Shown here piece by piece: positions 60,004 through 64,000 of a stretch of 64,000 bases of DNA; within the stretch, counting starts at the first letter, position 1; each line of letters begins with the position of its first letter. The notes below the pieces were generated by a model, which was not told the origin of the DNA, searched no databases, and saw nothing but the letters and a program-made list of their open reading frames with translations. Both the position numbers and the translations under genes were made by a program. The stretch lies in contig CBDDIJ010000005.1 of assembly GCA_965228855.1 (NCBI GenBank), positions 1,216,001-1,280,000 of the forward strand. Reading direction: 5' to 3'. Source of the DNA: Candidatus Obscuribacterales bacterium (GTDB lineage: Bacteria; Cyanobacteriota; Vampirovibrionia; Obscuribacterales; Obscuribacteraceae).

Positions 60004-61395
60004 GTGCAAAGTCATATTCTCCTGAACAACCGACGAATGCTTTCTAAGGCAATAAGTTCGTTTTCAAACGGCTCCTGCAATCTTCTTCTCCTCTGTATTG
60101 CTAAGACAATCAGAACGATGGGCTTCGGCGCCATATCTATTGTATTGGCGCTCTTTCTTCTCAACAGAGGCTTTTCCAACACCGAAGTGGGCTTGCTGCT
60201 ATCCGCCACGCTGCTCGAAGACGCGTTAATTACAACACTTGCAGCATCCGTAGCAAATCGAATAGGCGTGCGCAAAGTCTTGTTAATCGCATGCGCGGTC
60301 ATCGTATGTGGTGGCATTGTTCTCGCGACAGCCGAGGCAAAATGGATACTCATTCTGGCGGTCACCTGCGGAATTGTCAGCCCCGCCGGCTATGAAGGAG
60401 GTCCCTTCGCACCTCTTGAGCAAACAATCATTTCAAATTCGACAAAAACTCAAAAACTTACAGCTGCATACTCGTGGTATAACATGGTAGGGTTTGCCGG
60501 AGCGGCACTCGGCGCTTTACTTGCCGGGATCTGCGTGGCGGCTATGAAATTTGCACCGCCGGTAGTTGCATACCAGACTATATTTTATTCATACTCGATA
60601 GGTGGATTGGTTCTTGGTCTGATCTATGCGCTGGTTAATTTAAAACCGGCTGAAACTGCTAAGCAGACAGAAGAAGAAAACATTCGGCAGACAGCAGGTC
60701 AGGAGCAGGTAGAAGACCAGCGGCGTTCAGTGTCATTCGAGACTTCCAGCCGGAAGCACATCTGGCAACTGGCGGGGCTCCAGAGTGTTGATGCATTCGG
60801 CGGCGGTTTCGTCGTGCAGTCCCTGCTAACGCTATGGTTCTATCAACGCTACCACGTCGATGCAACCTTCATCGGTCCCGTTTACTTCTGGTGCAACATC
60901 ATCGCAGCCCTATCATTTCTATTTGCACCACTGGTAGTGCGGCGGGTCGGTCTGCTCAACACGATGGTGTTTACACATCTGCCTTGCAGTCTGGCGCTTT
61001 GCCTCATGCCCTTCCTTCCGTCAGCGGCTTGGGCTGCAGGACTTTTACTGCTGCGCAGCGGTTTCTCCTCAATGGATATTCCTGTTCGACAAGCGTATAC
61101 AATGCTAATCGTTCCGGAAAAGGACCGTGCGTTTGCAGCCGGACTGACTACATCATCACGAGCCATCGCCCAGGGCATTGCTCCGACGATAACAGGAGCA
61201 TTGATGCAGAATGTAATGTCCGGTGCACCGCTCATTTTTGCAGGCGCGCTCAAGAGCGTATATGACCTTAGCCTCTATTTCTGTTTCAAGCATGTACCGA
61301 TGCACTCGGAAAACGCAAACCGCGAATCAAACAGTTCAGCATGCCTGAGAGAAACGGGAAAGACTGCTGACGAGGCGGTGACGAGTGGTCGTTGA
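60004..61395 (+). CDS. MFS transporter
   Basis: ANRIGVRK motif A, SP.G.EGGPF.PLEQ, DAFGGG, MVFTHLP, MDIPVRQAY. Confidence 0.9.
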   Translation: MQSHILLNNRRMLSKAISSFSNGSCNLLLLCIAKTIRTMGFGAISIVLALFLLNRGFSNTEVGLLLSATLLEDALITTLAASVANRIGVRKVLLIACAVIVCGGIVLATAEAKWILILAVTCGIVSPAGYEGGPFAPLEQTIISNSTKTQKLTAAYSWYNMVGFAGAALGALLAGICVAAMKFAPPVVAYQTIFYSYSIGGLVLGLIYALVNLKPAETAKQTEEENIRQTAGQEQVEDQRRSVSFETSSRKHIWQLAGLQSVDAFGGGFVVQSLLTLWFYQRYHVDATFIGPVYFWCNIIAALSFLFAPLVVRRVGLLNTMVFTHLPCSLALCLMPFLPSAAWAAGLLLLRSGFSSMDIPVRQAYTMLIVPEKDRAFAAGLTTSSRAIAQGIAPTITGALMQNVMSGAPLIFAGALKSVYDLSLYFCFKHVPMHSENANRESNSSACLRETGKTADEAVTSGR

Positions 61396-62629
61396 ACCGC
61401 AGCTGGTCGAAACAATGGAAGACAGGAGAACGCAATCGGAGTGGACGCGACTTTTACGCTCGCCGATGCAATCGCGACTGAGAGAAATTTGCTTCTTTGT
61501 ACACAGGTGGGTGGGTGCAGTACTCGCCCTCTACATGCTCGTTATTAGTTTGTCCGGAGTCTCCCTGGTCTTCCACGATGAATTGAGCGAATGGGCCTGC
61601 CCATCGCCTGCCGTTAAGGTTCTATCAACAAAGATTAGCTTCGCTAAAATCATCGAGAGCTCAGAAGCAGCTTATCCCGGTTACAAGGTTACGGGACTGA
61701 TAGTACCAGACGAAGAGTCGCAGCCAACCGATGTCTTCGCTCTTAAAGGCGACAATGAAAGAATTAACTGCCAGGTCGATCCTTACTCGGGCACAGTTCT
61801 CGGTTTAAAAAGCAAGAATGCGTTTCTCGAAACACTGCGCGATCTACATTTCAATCTGTTCGCCGGAAAGACAGGTCGCATGGTCAACGGCGCAGGTGGA
61901 TTGTTGCTTGCAGTGCTCTCGCTCACAGGCGTCGTCGTCTGGTGGCGAGGCGTCGCAAAATGGCTCAACGGATTCAAGATGTCCTTTCGAGGAAGCATGA
62001 AGCGCGTCAACTGGAGCATTCATAGCGCGCTCGGTATCTGGGCTTTACCGTTTCTCATGCTGCAGGCGACCAGTGCCTTCTATTTCGGATTTCCAAATTT
62101 CTTCGAACAAAATTTGAATGCAATTGCGCCTGTTTCCAACCAGAAGAAAATGAAGGAACCAACAACCAGCGAGCTTACAAGCGCGGGAATCAGCTCCGAG
62201 CCCAGTTACTCTGGCCCGAGAAGATCGGAACCTGATATAGACAAACTCATTTCAATAGCTCGGCAAAAGGCTGGTTTCAACTCGGCCGTGTTCCGCATCG
62301 CATTTCCGGACAAACGCAGAAACTCAGTTCGCATCTGGTTGAAAAATTCTGCAGAAACAAATGAGAACGCACCGACCACGCAGGTTTTCATGGAGCCAAA
62401 GTCCGGTCAAGTGCTGGCGGTTTCAACAGCTGAAGCGCCTCCTGCCGGCGATCAAATTATCACGTGGTTGATCAAACTGCACTTCGGCACCTTCGCTGGC
62501 ACAACCTCCAAATGCGCATGGATATTCGTAGGTCTGACGCCGGCAATCTTATCGCTTACCGGACTTTTTCTCTTTGCTCACGGTATCGCAGCCCGGAGAG
62601 AGAGAAAATCCCAGTCTCGTGGACTATAA
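61385..62629 (+). CDS. PepSY-associated TM-helix protein (iron-regulated membrane protein family)
   Basis: VHRWVG..SLSG, VDPYSG, DLHFNL, LTG..WW, IHSALG, KLHFG conserved His pattern. Confidence 0.9.
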   Translation: MVVEPQLVETMEDRRTQSEWTRLLRSPMQSRLREICFFVHRWVGAVLALYMLVISLSGVSLVFHDELSEWACPSPAVKVLSTKISFAKIIESSEAAYPGYKVTGLIVPDEESQPTDVFALKGDNERINCQVDPYSGTVLGLKSKNAFLETLRDLHFNLFAGKTGRMVNGAGGLLLAVLSLTGVVVWWRGVAKWLNGFKMSFRGSMKRVNWSIHSALGIWALPFLMLQATSAFYFGFPNFFEQNLNAIAPVSNQKKMKEPTTSELTSAGISSEPSYSGPRRSEPDIDKLISIARQKAGFNSAVFRIAFPDKRRNSVRIWLKNSAETNENAPTTQVFMEPKSGQVLAVSTAEAPPAGDQIITWLIKLHFGTFAGTTSKCAWIFVGLTPAILSLTGLFLFAHGIAARRERKSQSRGL

Positions 62630-62737
62630 AATCTCAAGACCGGCGAGCCCGGAAATCCTCCACCAAGCTTGCAAGGATTGGTTTGCCCGTTTCGAATTCA
62701 TGCGACAATATGCCTTTCCTAACCTCGGGCAGGCTCC

Positions 62738-63934
62738 ATGAATCCGCGCCGACAATCCACTGTGAAACTTACAACACTCGTTAGTCTAACCGCGATCGGC
62801 ATTTCGCTGACTTCGTGCACATCCGGATCGTCAGACGATGCCTGGCTCTCGCACCAGAACGCAGGGCGCGCAGCACTATCCAAGAATGACTTTCCAAAAG
62901 CAGAATCCGAGTTCAAAGAAACGATCGATTTGCTTAATGGTGCTAAGGACCATTCCTTAGAAAAAGCTGTCACTCTCGGTATGCTTGGTACTGTATACAA
63001 CCAGACTGGACGGCTGAAAGAGGCTGAACAAACGCAAAAGCAATCGCTGGAAATGTACGAAACCAGTTCGCAGGCGACCAAAGCGCAGCTAGCCTCGGCA
63101 TACAACAACCTTTCGAACGTTTACTACAGCCTGGGACGATATGAATATGCCTCCGAACTCAATCAGAAGGCTCTCAAGCTAACTGAAGAGGCAGACGGGA
63201 GCGATTCTCTTGCGATGGCGACAACCCTCAACAATGAAGGTCTCGTCCAAATGCAATTAGGGAAATCAGAGACGGCAAAGGAGCTTTTTGAAAAGGCGCT
63301 ATCCATTTGCGAGAAGCATGCAGGCGACCCAGGCTTCAAAAACGAGATGATAAAGAGCTTGATTAACCTTGCACAATATTGGTCTGCCAGGGATGCCGAC
63401 AAGTCGATCCCACTCTGCGAAAAAGCAATCAAGATTGCAGAAGGACTCTATGCCGAAAATCATATCGAGTTGGCCGACGCTCTGAGAATTCAAGGCGTCG
63501 CGTATACGAAAGGAAAGCAATTCGACAACGCAACGACTTCGTTCAAACGCGCAAAGTCAATCTACGATGATAAGCTTGGCGAACATAGTGTTAGCGCAGC
63601 ATACTGCTTGATGGGACTGAGCACGTTGTACTTGAAACAGCAGCAGTATGATAAAGCGCAGCCACTGGCCGAGCAGGCCGTAAAGATCTTTGACACATCA
63701 GAGGTTGGCGACGTGGAGTCGACGGTAAACGCGATGTGTATCCTGGCCGAAGCGAACATGAAGCAAGGCAATACTTCAGAAGCGAAGAAACTTCTGGCTC
63801 GCTGCAAAGTAACACTCGATGAAGCGCCGAGTGTGAGTACTGAATACAAGAAGAACTTTCTCAAAGGCTACGCAAAGCGACTGCGAGAGATGTCTGATGC
63901 TAAAGAGGCTGAGCACATCGAGTCCTTGATATAG
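62738..63934 (+). CDS. TPR-repeat lipoprotein
   Basis: Lipobox LTSC; multiple 42-aa TPRs (YNNLSNVYYSLGRY, LNNEGLV..LGK). Confidence 0.85.
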   Translation: MNPRRQSTVKLTTLVSLTAIGISLTSCTSGSSDDAWLSHQNAGRAALSKNDFPKAESEFKETIDLLNGAKDHSLEKAVTLGMLGTVYNQTGRLKEAEQTQKQSLEMYETSSQATKAQLASAYNNLSNVYYSLGRYEYASELNQKALKLTEEADGSDSLAMATTLNNEGLVQMQLGKSETAKELFEKALSICEKHAGDPGFKNEMIKSLINLAQYWSARDADKSIPLCEKAIKIAEGLYAENHIELADALRIQGVAYTKGKQFDNATTSFKRAKSIYDDKLGEHSVSAAYCLMGLSTLYLKQQQYDKAQPLAEQAVKIFDTSEVGDVESTVNAMCILAEANMKQGNTSEAKKLLARCKVTLDEAPSVSTEYKKNFLKGYAKRLREMSDAKEAEHIESLI

Positions 63935-64000
63935 CACTCTTCTACTTTCGATCGTCCAGAATCAAAAATCGTTCGGCACCAGATACGGTATCGAACGAAA

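Noticed and set aside
1..64000. tRNA, rRNA, transposase, integrase or prophage genes
   Set aside because: No recognisable cloverleaf, rRNA or recombinase motifs seen by eye.

Overview
Bacterial chromosomal window, standard code 11 (many genes end in TGA). The gene content suggests a non-photosynthetic cyanobacterial relative (Vampirovibrionia/Melainabacteria, Obscuribacterales-like): cyanobacterial-type Fpg and OmpR regulators, MshEN/DUF4388/TPR signalling proteins, and no photosynthesis genes. This taxonomy is inference only. Most of the window is housekeeping and signalling: RND efflux pair, mutM, Ca2+/H+ antiporter, gdhA, a macrodomain protein, two-component and c-di-GMP proteins, and MFS transporters. 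The standout is a ~13 kb accessory locus (29.5-42 kb). It contains an unannotated 48-aa stand-alone YD-repeat micro-gene and a ~1900-aa transglutaminase-like/DUF6531/Rhs protein with no PAAR domain or signal peptide. The Rhs cargo after DPxGL is only a Gly/Asn linker plus a 25-aa CX3C-X9-CX3C peptide with foreign codon usage. A tandem array of seven diverged, signal-less LolA-like ~240-aa paralogues follows. Together this is a candidate peptide-cargo Rhs toxin / poly-immunity system. Directly after it, a secreted beta-carbonic anhydrase has an in-frame TGA exactly at its Zn-ligand Cys, followed by a hairpin (candidate selenoprotein versus nonsense mutation). Other oddities are an orphan type-IIG-like methyltransferase, a tandem Mrr-N protein without nuclease, a 4xMshEN-TPR protein, a decapitated SMR gene, a probable AUC-initiated ORF and a Fur-box-preceded GCS2-MFS-PepSY operon. 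No rRNA, tRNA, CRISPR array or transposase was seen. All domain calls come from motif recognition by eye, not database searches.
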